Origin: Verrucomicrobiia bacterium
GTDB taxonomy: Bacteria; Verrucomicrobiota; Verrucomicrobiia; Chthoniobacterales; CALDSX01
NCBI GenBank assembly: GCA_036804205.1
Contig: DAIRSW010000004.1
Location: 1-46,100, forward strand
Direction: 5' to 3'
DNA: 46,100 bases
The notes under the pieces: generated by a model
What the model saw: the letters and a program-made list of their open reading frames with translations, nothing else
Databases searched by the model: none
Told to the model about the DNA's origin: nothing
Shown: positions 16,934 to 27,063 of the stretch, piece by piece
Layout of the letters: each line of letters opens with the position of its first letter
Numbering within the stretch: position 1 is the stretch's first letter
Made by a program: the position numbers and the translations under genes

Positions 16934-18124
16934 CTATGTCTCCAGCCAATAAGCTGCCGGGGTGGTGAGGAATTCGTCAATCGGTATGCCGTCGGCACCG
17001 ACCAAGAGAGTGCGCAGTGGCTCAAATTCTCGGCGGAAGGCGGCCATCCCGCTCATCGGTCTCTGGATTCCGGCGCTTTTGACCTCGATTCCCACCAGCG
17101 TTTGTCCGCGTTGAAGAACGAAGTCGACCTCCAAGTTGCGATCTCTCCAATAAGCGACTTCGATCTGTGTGCCCAGTGTGCTGTTGAGAAGATGTGCTCC
17201 GATAGCAGACTCCACAAGTCGTCCCCAAAGAACAGATTTTAGGCGGGTCTTCTCAAAACCAATCCCCGAGGAGGCAGTCATTAGTGCCGTGTTTAAAACC
17301 TGAAGCTTGGGGCTAGAACCCCGCTGCCGGACTTTGCTTCCGGAAAACTTGGATAGGCCTGCCACCATTCCAGCCCCCTTTAATAAATGCAGGTAATGGG
17401 CCAGCGTTACCGTGTTGCCGGCATCAGTCAATTGGCCTGTCATTTTCTGAAAGGATAAAATTTGTCCTGAATAATCGCACGCAAGCTGGAAGAGACGCCG
17501 AAGAAGCGCAGGCTTATCCACTCTTGTCATTAGCAGAATATCGCGCGAGATGCTTGTCTCAATAAGCGAGTCAACCACGTAGCGCTGCCACCGCTCCGGT
17601 TCTGTGATCAAAGGCGCAGCCCCCGGATAGGCACCATAGTAGATAAATTGTTCTAAATTCCACCCGAAGGCTTCTTTCATTTCAGCAAAAGACCAGTGAG
17701 GTGCGGGGATAAGCTCAAATCGTCCTGCCAGGCTTTCCTAGAGTCCGCTTTGAATGAGAAGCGGAGAAGACCCTAGCAATAAAATCCGCAAAGGAATCTG
17801 CCTGTGGGTGTCGCTATCCCAGAGCTGTTTTACGGTTTCCGACCAGTCCGGAAGCTTTTGGATTTCATCCAGGACTAAGAGAGTTTCTCCTTTGCGAGCG
17901 TTCAGACGGCCGATTTCCCATTGCTGGGTGATCCCCAGTCCCGACCCTTGAGCGAGGGCTCGTCAGCAGAAGCATAATGGGTAAAGATGTCTATGCTTTC
18001 GATCACTTGCCGGGCCAAAGTTGTTTTGCCTACTTGACGGTGGTCCGGCCAACACCTGCATGAACCGTCGAGGTTCCTCGATTAAGCGGCGATGAAGCAG
18101 ACGCTGGATGAATTTTCGAACCAT
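16934..18124 (-). pseudogene. disrupted AAA+ ATPase (AAA_14 + DUF4143 family)
   Basis: Three-frame reading reconstructs MVRKFIQRLL...RRFMQVLAGP(R)QVGKTTLARQVIE ... LLVLDEIQKLPDW ... ESLAGRFELI ... and then the intact 248-aa DUF4143 part. Lesions are a 1-nt insertion near 18041, a frameshift near 17933, and an in-frame TAG at 17738-17740. Confidence 0.8.
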
Positions 18125-18240
18125 GACTTACATTTTACTCAGTATACTGAGCAAAATAACTCATCGCGATGAGCAAATGGTTTTAGCGAGGGCTGGGGTC
18201 TGCTAAACCCCGGCAACCAGCTGAAGTGCGGATCCTTCTT

Positions 18241-19101
18241 CTACTCCAGAACCCAGGCGCCGCTGGCTGAAACTCTCCAGGAATGAAGCGCCTCTTGACC
18301 TCGCCCGCTGGAGCGCAGCGGCTGATTCGCGGCTAAGCGTGGGGACGAATCTGTGTCCGGGTCTCCCGGAGCTTGCGCCGAGGATGCTACGTCTGCTCGA
18401 CGTGAGCTAGGTCTTGGCTCTGCGGAAGCAATGCGGGTTTCCTCCATGGCTTCAGTCGGTAGGGTTCCCCCGGCTGGTCGGCGGTTTCGCACCACCCAGC
18501 TTTGAGGTAAGGTACGCCACGCCAGGGGCAAGGAATTTTGCGATACCTCAACGGTAGCTCCGACACCTACTCGGTTGTATAAATCAATGACGTCGTCTGA
18601 CCGCATCCGGATGCACCCAAAGCTTGAAGGGCGTCCGATCGATCTCTCAGCGTTGGTGCCGTGAATGTAGATCATCCGGTTGAATGCGTTCTGGTTTCTT
18701 GCCTCCAGACCCTCTAGCCATAAAATACGGCTTACGATCGGGTCGCGCCCTGGAGCGTTCGGGGCAAGAATTTCGCCGGTCGGACGACGAGCTTTCATAA
18801 CAGCACCGGAAGGTAAGTTTCCGCCAATTTTTTTGGCGATTCGCAGCCGCCCAGTGGGAGTTGCGTAACTGCCTGGCTTATCGCCCAAACCAAACCGTGA
18901 GGTCGATATCGAATACATGGCCTCGGGCTTTCCATCGTACAAAAGCACCATGCGCTGATCCGGAACACTGACCAGCAGGCTACTGCGACTATCGACCCGA
19001 CTCTGGCAACCAGACAAAACACTCACCAGGCCAAGGAGAATCATGGAACGCCTCGTGAAGTTTGAAAGCTTGGATTCAGATTGACGGGATGAGAATAGCA
19101 T
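18241..19101 (-). CDS. L,D-transpeptidase (YkuD domain) lipoprotein with a Pro/Ser/Arg-rich C-terminal tail
   Basis: IYIHGTN...SFGCIRM catalytic His/Cys motif. LSGC lipobox after a hydrophobic leader. Possible start at 19044. Confidence 0.85.
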   Translation of the reverse strand: MLFSSRQSESKLSNFTRRSMILLGLVSVLSGCQSRVDSRSSLLVSVPDQRMVLLYDGKPEAMYSISTSRFGLGDKPGSYATPTGRLRIAKKIGGNLPSGAVMKARRPTGEILAPNAPGRDPIVSRILWLEGLEARNQNAFNRMIYIHGTNAERSIGRPSSFGCIRMRSDDVIDLYNRVGVGATVEVSQNSLPLAWRTLPQSWVVRNRRPAGGTLPTEAMEETRIASAEPRPSSRRADVASSAQAPGDPDTDSSPRLAANQPLRSSGRGQEALHSWRVSASGAWVLE

Positions 19102-19127
19102 GATGCCTGTGGGTTTGTGGGTGTCGA

Positions 19128-20648
19128 TTAAGCCGGAACGCTAATCTCTTCCGCTTCCGCAGCTCTTTTGGCAAGTGACTTTTGTCCCCAGAGCCCCCAG
19201 GAGCTGAATGAACAAAATGCCACATAACTGAAGCCGACCTGAAAAAGAGCCAGAAAAGGAATGGCCACAAATTGGTGGTTCAGGATTGCAAAACAAACCA
19301 GAACTGTAAAATAGACCGCAAGACCAACCTCTAGAAATGGCAGAATAGACTTGGATGCTGAGTATCTTAGGTTTTTCCAGGAGTCTTTAGGGCCTGAGAT
19401 GGCATATTTAGCCGTTCGAGTGAACCCTGACTGTTGCCGAAAAACCGCTTCCAACACGGCTCGGGCGTTGTTTAAGCTCATGCCAATTCCCAAAGCCATA
19501 GCCAAAGGCAGCAAGGGAAGTTTTTTGTACCAAGTTTTCGGGTACAACGCCAATTGAGCGCAGAGATAAAATGCTCCCACCGAAAATGTGGCGACGAAGA
19601 AAATTGGCAGATCCAAAAACAAGATCCGGTCAATAGTCCACCCGCCAGGAGGTGCAGCAGGGTAGACCAAGAAACACAGGCACGCCAAAAGCAGATACGC
19701 AAAGTTGCTGGTTAAGTGAAAGGTGGCCTCCAATTTGACAGGAATGGAGACCCGGCTTTTCCACACTGCCGGCAAGATCTTTAAGCACGTTTGGATCGAC
19801 CCCTTGGTCCAGCGATGCTGCTGCGCTTTGAAGCCATTCATGTCCACCGGTAATTCCGCCGGGGTTACAACGTGAGGCAGAAAAACAAATTTCCACCCGG
19901 CTAGCTGAGCACGATAGCTGATGTCTAAGTCCTCGGTGAGGGTGTCGTGATGCCACCCACCGGCTTGTTCAATACACTCGCGCCGCCAAATGCCCGCCGT
20001 TCCGTTAAAATTAAAAAATCGCCCTGTCCGGCTTCTAGCGGTTTGTTCTAGCAGGAGATGACCATCGAGATACATGGCCTGCAGTCGGGTCAATAAAGAA
20101 TAGTTGTGGTTTAAATGTCCCCACCGGGTTTGGATGAGGCCCACTTGAGGATCGGTAAAAAAATCAATGGTTTTGCGCAAAAGATTAGGGGCAGGCACAA
20201 AATCGGCGTCCAGTATTAAAATGAACTCGCCGGTTGCTGTTTTGAGCCCATGCTCAAGTGCCCCTGCCTTAAAGCCGACCCGGTCAGCTCGCCAAATGTA
20301 TTCTGCCTGCAATCCCGCAGCGCGCATCTCTTCCACCTTTTTCATGGCGATTTCACGAGTCTCGTCGGTGGAGTCGTCCAGCACCTGAATCTGCAAAAGC
20401 TCTTTCGGATAGTCCATTCGACTGACCACCTCCAAAAGGCGGTTCACCACATAGAGCTCATTATATATGGGGAGCTGCACGGTAATGGTGGGCAGCTGCT
20501 TGAACTTTCGCAATGGCAGCATGGGTTTTTTCCGAACTTGAAAGAAACACCAAAGAATCCAATACCGATGGAAGCCGTAAGCGCAGAGCCCCAGCAATAC
20601 AAAGGTGTAACAAAACAGCCAAATCGTCCATCCAATGCCAAAATCCAT
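19128..20648 (-). CDS. processive family-2 glycosyltransferase (cellulose-synthase-like / CslA-like)
   Basis: Multi-TM GT2 with DDSTD, ILDADF (DxD) and QQHRWTKG (QxxRW) motifs. Confidence 0.85.
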   Translation of the reverse strand: MDFGIGWTIWLFCYTFVLLGLCAYGFHRYWILWCFFQVRKKPMLPLRKFKQLPTITVQLPIYNELYVVNRLLEVVSRMDYPKELLQIQVLDDSTDETREIAMKKVEEMRAAGLQAEYIWRADRVGFKAGALEHGLKTATGEFILILDADFVPAPNLLRKTIDFFTDPQVGLIQTRWGHLNHNYSLLTRLQAMYLDGHLLLEQTARSRTGRFFNFNGTAGIWRRECIEQAGGWHHDTLTEDLDISYRAQLAGWKFVFLPHVVTPAELPVDMNGFKAQQHRWTKGSIQTCLKILPAVWKSRVSIPVKLEATFHLTSNFAYLLLACLCFLVYPAAPPGGWTIDRILFLDLPIFFVATFSVGAFYLCAQLALYPKTWYKKLPLLPLAMALGIGMSLNNARAVLEAVFRQQSGFTRTAKYAISGPKDSWKNLRYSASKSILPFLEVGLAVYFTVLVCFAILNHQFVAIPFLALFQVGFSYVAFCSFSSWGLWGQKSLAKRAAEAEEISVPA

Positions 20649-20978
20649 ATTATCAAGTGCCTCCGCGCGCTAGGCATGGAGCGGGTGCCGGTGCTTTTTT
20701 GTGAATGATTGAATAATCAACAAACAATACCGCTCGAATGCGGCGAGTCTGAATGAATCCCCACCCTTCGTCAAGCGTAAACGCTGAATGCGGCAAATTT
20801 TCCTGAACTTTATCCGAAAACAATTCGCTTAGGCTTCTCATATCACAGCGAGCCAGGATTTAGCATTATTCCTTCGCTTGACAAAGCTACCTACTGCCTA
20901 TTCCCTAGCGCCTCTCGCCCAAAATTTGATTGGCGTCCCCCGACGTCCCGTGGCAGAATCCATGCCTTCTATTGCACC

Positions 20979-23066
20979 ATGAATGACCTATCTAAATACC
21001 GTAATATCGGAATCTTTGCCCACGTTGATGCGGGCAAAACCACCACGACCGAGCGCATACTAAAGCTCACCGGCAAAATTCATAAAATCGGTGAGGTCCA
21101 TGACGGGGCAGCTACGACAGATTTCATGGAGCAAGAGCAAGAGCGCGGCATCACCATTCAATCGGCAGCTACAACTTGCTTTTGGAAAGACTACCGCTTC
21201 AACATTATCGACACACCCGGACACGTGGACTTCACTATTGAAGTCTATCGCTCCTTAAAAGTGCTTGATGGCGGCATTGGGGTCTTCTGCGGCTCGGGTG
21301 GAGTGGAGCCACAATCCGAGACCAACTGGCGCTACGCTAACGAATCCGAAGTCGCGCGTGTCATCTACGTCAACAAACTCGACCGCATAGGTGCCGATTT
21401 TTATCGCGTGGTCAAACAAATCAAAGAAGTGCTTGCCGCCAAGCCCCTCATCATGGTGCTCCCCATCGGCGTTGAAGAGAACTTTAAAGGCATCGTCGAT
21501 TTGCTCACCGAAAAAGCCTACGTCTGGGATGACTCCGGTCTTCCTGAAAACTTCACCATTGAGGAGGTGCCTGCCGACATGGTCGACCTAGTGAAAAAAC
21601 ACCGCGATGACATGATCGAAACCGCGGTTGAACAAGACGATGCGGTCATGGAGAAATACCTCGAAGGTGAAATGCCAGACGTCGACACCCTTAAGCGCTG
21701 CATTCGTAAAGGGACCATTGCTCTCGATTTTTTCCCAACCTATTGCGGATCTTCCTTTAAAAACAAAGGAGTGCAAAACGTGCTCGACGCCGTGGTAGAC
21801 TTCCTGCCGGCCCCGACCGAAGTCAAGCCACAGCCAGAGGTTGATCTCGAAGGCAATGAAACAGGAGAGTTTGCGATCGTCGATCCAGACCGCCCACTGC
21901 GTGCTCTGGCCTTCAAAATCATGGACGACAAATTTGGGGCGCTCACCTTTATTCGCATTTACTCCGGTCGCTTGAGCAAAGGCACCAACGTTCTAAACAC
22001 CTTCACAGGCAAAACCGAACGGGTCGGACGTCTGGTCCAAATGCACGCCGATTCCCGCGAAGAAATCGATAAAGCGCAGGCCGGTGATATCGTCGCCTTG
22101 GTCGGCTTAAAAAATGTGCAAACCGGCCATACCCTTTGCGATGAGGACCATCCGGCAACTTTAGAGCCCATGGTGTTTCCTGATCCTGTTATTTCTCTTG
22201 CGGTCCAGGCCAAAGATAAAGGTGCTAGCGAAAAACTTGGCGCTGCTCTTGGTAAGATGATCCGAGAAGACCCCTCTTTCCAGGTGGAAACGGATCAAGA
22301 AACCAACGAGACCATTCTTAAAGGAATGGGCGAGCTTCATCTCGATATTAAAGTCGACATCCTCAAGCGCACTCACGGTGTCGAAGTTGAGGTTGGCAAA
22401 CCGCAAGTTGCCTATCGCGAAACGGTGACCCGCCAGGTCAGCGACACCTATGTGCACAAAAAACAAACTGGTGGTTCCGGCCAGTTTGCGAAAATTGATT
22501 ACACTATCGAACCACTCGAACCCGGCGAAGGCTTCGTGTTCGAGTCCAAGGTTGTCGGTGGAAACGTGCCCAAAGAGTTTATTCCTGCGGTCGAAAAAGG
22601 CTTCCGCCTTTCCACTCAGAAGGGTGTTTTGGCCGGCTACCCATGCCTAGACTTTAAAGTCACCTTGGTCGATGGAGGATATCACCCGGTCGACTCCTCA
22701 GCCATCGCCTTTGAGGTCGCTGCGAGAACTGCCTACCGCCAATCCCTGCCCAAAGCCGGCCCTCAAATTCTTGAGCCGATCATGAAAGTCGATGTTTTCG
22801 TTCCAGAAGACTATATGGGTGACGTGATTGGAGACCTGAACCGTCGCCGTGGCATGATTCTCGGCCAAGAGCCCACCGCTACAGGTATCCGGGTTAAAGC
22901 CGAGGCACCGCTCCGTGATATGTTCGGCTACATTGGCGATCTTCGCACCATGACCTCCGGTCGCGGACAATTCACCATGGAATTTTCCCACTACTCAGCG
23001 TGCCCACGCAACATCTCCGACGAGGTGATCGCCTCCGCAGCAGCGCGTGCCGCAGCTAAAAAATAG
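20979..23066 (+). CDS. fusA: elongation factor G (stand-alone paralog)
   Basis: 695 aa. G1 [14 protein letters not shown] and NKLD motifs, with domains II-V present. It is not preceded by rpsL/rpsG. Confidence 0.95.
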   Translation: MNDLSKYRNIGIFAHVDAGKTTTTERILKLTGKIHKIGEVHDGAATTDFMEQEQERGITIQSAATTCFWKDYRFNIIDTPGHVDFTIEVYRSLKVLDGGIGVFCGSGGVEPQSETNWRYANESEVARVIYVNKLDRIGADFYRVVKQIKEVLAAKPLIMVLPIGVEENFKGIVDLLTEKAYVWDDSGLPENFTIEEVPADMVDLVKKHRDDMIETAVEQDDAVMEKYLEGEMPDVDTLKRCIRKGTIALDFFPTYCGSSFKNKGVQNVLDAVVDFLPAPTEVKPQPEVDLEGNETGEFAIVDPDRPLRALAFKIMDDKFGALTFIRIYSGRLSKGTNVLNTFTGKTERVGRLVQMHADSREEIDKAQAGDIVALVGLKNVQTGHTLCDEDHPATLEPMVFPDPVISLAVQAKDKGASEKLGAALGKMIREDPSFQVETDQETNETILKGMGELHLDIKVDILKRTHGVEVEVGKPQVAYRETVTRQVSDTYVHKKQTGGSGQFAKIDYTIEPLEPGEGFVFESKVVGGNVPKEFIPAVEKGFRLSTQKGVLAGYPCLDFKVTLVDGGYHPVDSSAIAFEVAARTAYRQSLPKAGPQILEPIMKVDVFVPEDYMGDVIGDLNRRRGMILGQEPTATGIRVKAEAPLRDMFGYIGDLRTMTSGRGQFTMEFSHYSACPRNISDEVIASAAARAAAKK

Positions 23067-23100
23067 AAACAAGCAGCGCAGCCACTCCCACAAAAACAAA

Positions 23101-23140
23101 AAACCGCCGTGGGCTAACAAGCCTACTTGGCGGTTTTTTT
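23101..23140 (+). terminator. Rho-independent terminator after fusA
   Basis: Long hairpin aaaccgccgtgggc...gcctacttggcggttt followed by a T7 run. Confidence 0.75.
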
Positions 23141-23221
23141 GTGGGCGGTTTTTTGGTGATCGTTTGAACTGGCTGATCCATCGGATCAGTCGGTTGGATC
23201 AGACTGGTCTTTCTTCCTGGG

Positions 23222-23295
23222 TGGCTGCCCCGCATGGACTCGAACCATGAATAACGCCTCCAAAGGGCGCTGTGTTACCATTACACCACAGGGCA
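23222..23295 (-). tRNA. tRNA-Gln (anticodon UUG), CCA encoded
   Basis: Hand-folded from the reverse complement. Acceptor UGCCCUG/CGGGGCA with U1-A72, anticodon stem GCGCC/GGCGU with loop CUUUGGA, T-loop GGUUCGAGUCC. Confidence 0.9.
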
Positions 23296-23390
23296 ATTTC
23301 TGGAGCACTAAAGTGCTGCAATTTCACGGCTTTGCAAGAGAAGTTTTTGCGAGCAGCCGCACCATGTGCGTTATTTGCACTTAGGAAAAA

Positions 23391-26183
23391 ATGGCGGTCT
23401 CAACTTTGGAAAAAGCATTGCGTCTCGAGCGTAAAGAACTGGCTGGTAACACGCGTGGACACAGTGAAATCAAGCCAGCAGACCTCTTGCAGATGTATCG
23501 CGGCTTTCTCAGGACCGAGGAGCATCGCCTTAGATTAGCCCATCACGACGGAGCCCGCGGACGTCAACTGACGGAAGAACGTTGTCAGGTAATTGACGCG
23601 ATGATGCGCGACATCTTTGAGCAAGCCATTCTTGAAAATGTGGGCGACGAGGGAGATGCGCCTCCCGTTACGCTGGTCGCCCTGGGCGGCTACGGACGCG
23701 GCGAGCTGAACCCTTACAGCGACATCGATGTCATGTTTCTTCATGCAGCCGGCGAGCGAAAACTTCCACCGGTCACCAACGCTATCATCACAAAGATCCT
23801 CTATCTGCTCTGGGACATCGGGTTCAAAGTCGGCCACTCCACTCGAACAGTTGCTGCGGTCATCAAACAGTGTAATCAGGACATGCTTACCAAAACCTCA
23901 TTACTCGAGGCACGTTTGGTGGCTGGCGACAAACAACTCTTCCTCCGCATGGAGGACGAGTTTGAAAAACACTGCATCCGCCCGGTCAACCAAGCTAAAG
24001 CTTACATCAACTGGCGCTTGCTGAACCAAGCTGAGCGCCACGCCAAGCATGGTGGCACCGTTTTTGTTCAGGAGCCTAACATTAAAAACGGTTGCGGCGG
24101 TCTGCGTGACTACCAGAATCTTCTGTGGGTTTCGTATTTCCAGATGAACACCCGTTCGATGACTACTCTCGTCGAAAAGAAGATTCTCACCACCTCGGAA
24201 CGACGTCTCCTCAAGGATGCTCACGACTTTCTGCTGCGAGTGCGGACCGAGCTTCATTACCTGAATAAACGAGCCAATGACCAGCTAACCCTGTTTCATC
24301 AGGCCCAAATCTCTACCCGGTTTGGTTACCCACAAAAGAACAACGCGGCGTGCACCGAAGCGTTTATGCGAGATTATTTTCGGCACGCTCGCAACATCTT
24401 TCTTATCTCCCGCGCGGTGTGTGAGCGTTTATCGATTCCCGTTCCAGGATTTCACACCAAACCCGGTCTGCTCGCCATTATGAGTCCCAACCGGATACGG
24501 GAAAAATTCGATGGGTTCTTTAGCGCCAACGGCCAAATATATTTCCAAAATCGGCAGATCTTTCATGACGACCCTTTTCGTCTCATGCGGGTGTTTTTAC
24601 ATGCTCAAAATCGTGGCCTTTCTCTGAGCGGCGAATTGCAACGCTTGATGCGTAGGAGACTTGATCTTGTCACTCGGAGTTTTCAATACGCTGCGCCCGT
24701 GCGCGAATCCTTCATGGCCATCTTATCCCACAAGGGACAAGTGGGCCGAATCCTCAGAATGATGCATGAAGTCGACTTTCTCGGTCGCTACCTCCCTGAG
24801 TTTGGAACTCTCACCTGTTTAGTCCAGCACGAATTTTTTCACGTCTACACCGCCGACGAACACACCCTTGTTTGTCTAGAAAAACTCGACGAACTCATCG
24901 ATACCGAGCAATCGCGCGACACCATTTATCGTAAAATTTTCGAAGACATGGAAAGCCCCGAGCTTCTTTATCTCGGTTTGCTTCTGCATGATGTTGGAAA
25001 ATCAACTCGGCAGCGTTCTCATGCGGAGGCCAGCGCCATGCTAGCCAACCGGGTGTGTCGACGCTTAGCTTTCTCGCCTGACCGCCGCCGTGCCGTCGTT
25101 TCTTTGGTGGATAATCATATTCTTTTGTCGCAAACCGCTCAGACCAGAAACTTGGATGACCCGGTCACGATCGAGTGGTTTGCGGAAGTGATACGAACTC
25201 GACACGATCTTGACCGGCTATTCCTCCTCACCATGGCTGATGCCAAAGGCACCACCGAACACGCTTGGAGTGATTGGAAAGAGACCTTGGCCAGGCACCT
25301 TTACACCGCTACGGGCAGCTTCTTGGAAGGAGGTCGCCATGAGCGCCGCTCCGTGGTTCGTCAAAATATTCAAGCGCTCGTTCGTAAAAAACTCCCGCGC
25401 GATTTTTCTGACGAAATCCAAGCCCACTTCGACTCAATGGAAGATCGATACTTCTACCACTACGAAGTCTCGGAAATCGTATCCCACTTGCGTTTGGTTC
25501 GGGAGTTTATTGCTCGACGCATGGAAGACCCAAGCTTTTGGCTCGGGGCAGCCACTGAGTGGAAAGCGTTCCCCGCGCAAGGTCATAGTATTTTTTCCTT
25601 GGTCACTTGGAATCGCCGAGCCCTGTTCCGAAGAATTGCCGGCTCATTCGCCGTGGCTCAAATTAACATCCTAAGCGCGGATATTTACACACGCAAAGAC
25701 TCGTTGGTGCTCGACTTTTTTCGGGTGTGCACCACCCGCTGGGAGCCGGTCGATAATCCTCGCAGCATGGCTCTGGTTGAAAAGCATCTTCACGAATCTT
25801 TGCAGAACGAAGATGACCAACTCGCTTCGCTCATCGCCAAGGCCCAGGGAAAGCATTCGCCCCCGCTCTACGATTTCCCGACCAAGATCGCGATTATCAA
25901 CGATTTGTCACCGGAATATACCCTGGTCGAAGTGCGCACACCAGACCGGCTCGGCTTACTTTATGATTTGCTAAAAACCTTTGACGAACTTGATATCGAC
26001 ATCGCCTTGAGCAGGATTACCACCGAGAAGGGTGCTGCATTGGACAGCTTCTATGTGACCACGCGGGGTGGTAAGAAAATTTCGACTGCCCAAGAAATAA
26101 GGCGGCTTCAGGAGGCGCTTTCCAAAAGCACCGCTCCCCAGACAGTGGAAGCGGCCGATCTCGCCTCTCTCCCGATGGAGTAA
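23391..26183 (+). CDS. glnD: bifunctional [protein-PII] uridylyltransferase / uridylyl-removing enzyme
   Basis: 930 aa. Nucleotidyltransferase motif GGYGRGELNPYSDIDV, an HD domain (LLLHDVGK), and two C-terminal ACT domains. Confidence 0.9.
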   Translation: MAVSTLEKALRLERKELAGNTRGHSEIKPADLLQMYRGFLRTEEHRLRLAHHDGARGRQLTEERCQVIDAMMRDIFEQAILENVGDEGDAPPVTLVALGGYGRGELNPYSDIDVMFLHAAGERKLPPVTNAIITKILYLLWDIGFKVGHSTRTVAAVIKQCNQDMLTKTSLLEARLVAGDKQLFLRMEDEFEKHCIRPVNQAKAYINWRLLNQAERHAKHGGTVFVQEPNIKNGCGGLRDYQNLLWVSYFQMNTRSMTTLVEKKILTTSERRLLKDAHDFLLRVRTELHYLNKRANDQLTLFHQAQISTRFGYPQKNNAACTEAFMRDYFRHARNIFLISRAVCERLSIPVPGFHTKPGLLAIMSPNRIREKFDGFFSANGQIYFQNRQIFHDDPFRLMRVFLHAQNRGLSLSGELQRLMRRRLDLVTRSFQYAAPVRESFMAILSHKGQVGRILRMMHEVDFLGRYLPEFGTLTCLVQHEFFHVYTADEHTLVCLEKLDELIDTEQSRDTIYRKIFEDMESPELLYLGLLLHDVGKSTRQRSHAEASAMLANRVCRRLAFSPDRRRAVVSLVDNHILLSQTAQTRNLDDPVTIEWFAEVIRTRHDLDRLFLLTMADAKGTTEHAWSDWKETLARHLYTATGSFLEGGRHERRSVVRQNIQALVRKKLPRDFSDEIQAHFDSMEDRYFYHYEVSEIVSHLRLVREFIARRMEDPSFWLGAATEWKAFPAQGHSIFSLVTWNRRALFRRIAGSFAVAQINILSADIYTRKDSLVLDFFRVCTTRWEPVDNPRSMALVEKHLHESLQNEDDQLASLIAKAQGKHSPPLYDFPTKIAIINDLSPEYTLVEVRTPDRLGLLYDLLKTFDELDIDIALSRITTEKGAALDSFYVTTRGGKKISTAQEIRRLQEALSKSTAPQTVEAADLASLPME

Positions 26184-26209
26184 AGCTCGAAAGCTAAAAA
26201 CCACGCGGA

Positions 26210-26914
26210 CTAGCGACCCGCAGGAGCAGCGGCCGCGGGACTGGTCGCGTCGACCAGAAGTGGCCCCTGTGGTCGAACGAAAGCTGCGGATGTTAGCAGC
26301 TGCTGCAATGGTAGGCCAGGCTCATTGTAATCGGTCGGGCGTCGTAGATCTTTTCCTAGGGTTTGATCTTCAGGATGTCGGTCGGCTACGTGCACAGGAG
26401 TACCAATTCGAACCAAGTGGTAAAGCTTAGGTGCTACGTTGCGATGCACGCGGACGCAGCCGTGTGAACGAGGCTCCGGCCAAACCGCACCTTCATGAAA
26501 ACCGTAAAGCGGTTTAAACTGCACCCAATAAGGCAGCGGGTGTCCAACGTAACGAAAACCGGAGCCAGGAGGTAGATCGCGGCGACCAGGAATCACGGTG
26601 TCACCTTTAACCCACAGGCCATAGGTGCCGGAGCGTTTTTCAATCTGTTTCACCTGCACACGAAAACGTCCTTTCGGAGTTCTGTGGGTCGACTTGCCAA
26701 CACAAGCAGCCGTCACCAGAAGCGGTCGGTCGCCTTCCATCACATAGATCGCCTGGTTTTCTAAAGACAACTTCACCTCAACGTTATTGGGGTTGGTCGG
26801 TTTATATGCTACCACATCGTAGGGTTGTTCAAGCGTGGAGCAGGCTCCTAAAAGCAGCGCCGAAGCGCCTACAGCAAGTAGGGAGAGGAAAGAGAGAGAA
26901 CGGTGGTTTTTCAT
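26210..26914 (-). CDS. L,D-transpeptidase family lipoprotein
   Basis: YkuD-type motif FHEG...SHGCVRV. MKNHRSLSFLSLLAVGASALLLGAC signal plus lipobox. The ORF is open to 26989. Confidence 0.8.
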   Translation of the reverse strand: MKNHRSLSFLSLLAVGASALLLGACSTLEQPYDVVAYKPTNPNNVEVKLSLENQAIYVMEGDRPLLVTAACVGKSTHRTPKGRFRVQVKQIEKRSGTYGLWVKGDTVIPGRRDLPPGSGFRYVGHPLPYWVQFKPLYGFHEGAVWPEPRSHGCVRVHRNVAPKLYHLVRIGTPVHVADRHPEDQTLGKDLRRPTDYNEPGLPLQQLLTSAAFVRPQGPLLVDATSPAAAAPAGR

Positions 26915-27063
26915 AACGTGAGTGGCGAGAGGTTTGATGCTTGCAGAATAGGGCTCATTGTGGCTTGAGCAAGTAAAATTGCCTGACAACGCGTGTTACT
27001 CATTAACCGTCAGAGCCCTAGAAAAGCTTTACTTTCGACAGAAAATCGATAGTTGCTAGACTG

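Noticed and set aside
20653-20841. 62-aa ORF just upstream of the GT2 synthase gene
   Set aside because: It has no motifs and an Ala/Pro-rich tail. It lies in the likely promoter and leader region shared with divergent fusA. There is not enough evidence to call it.
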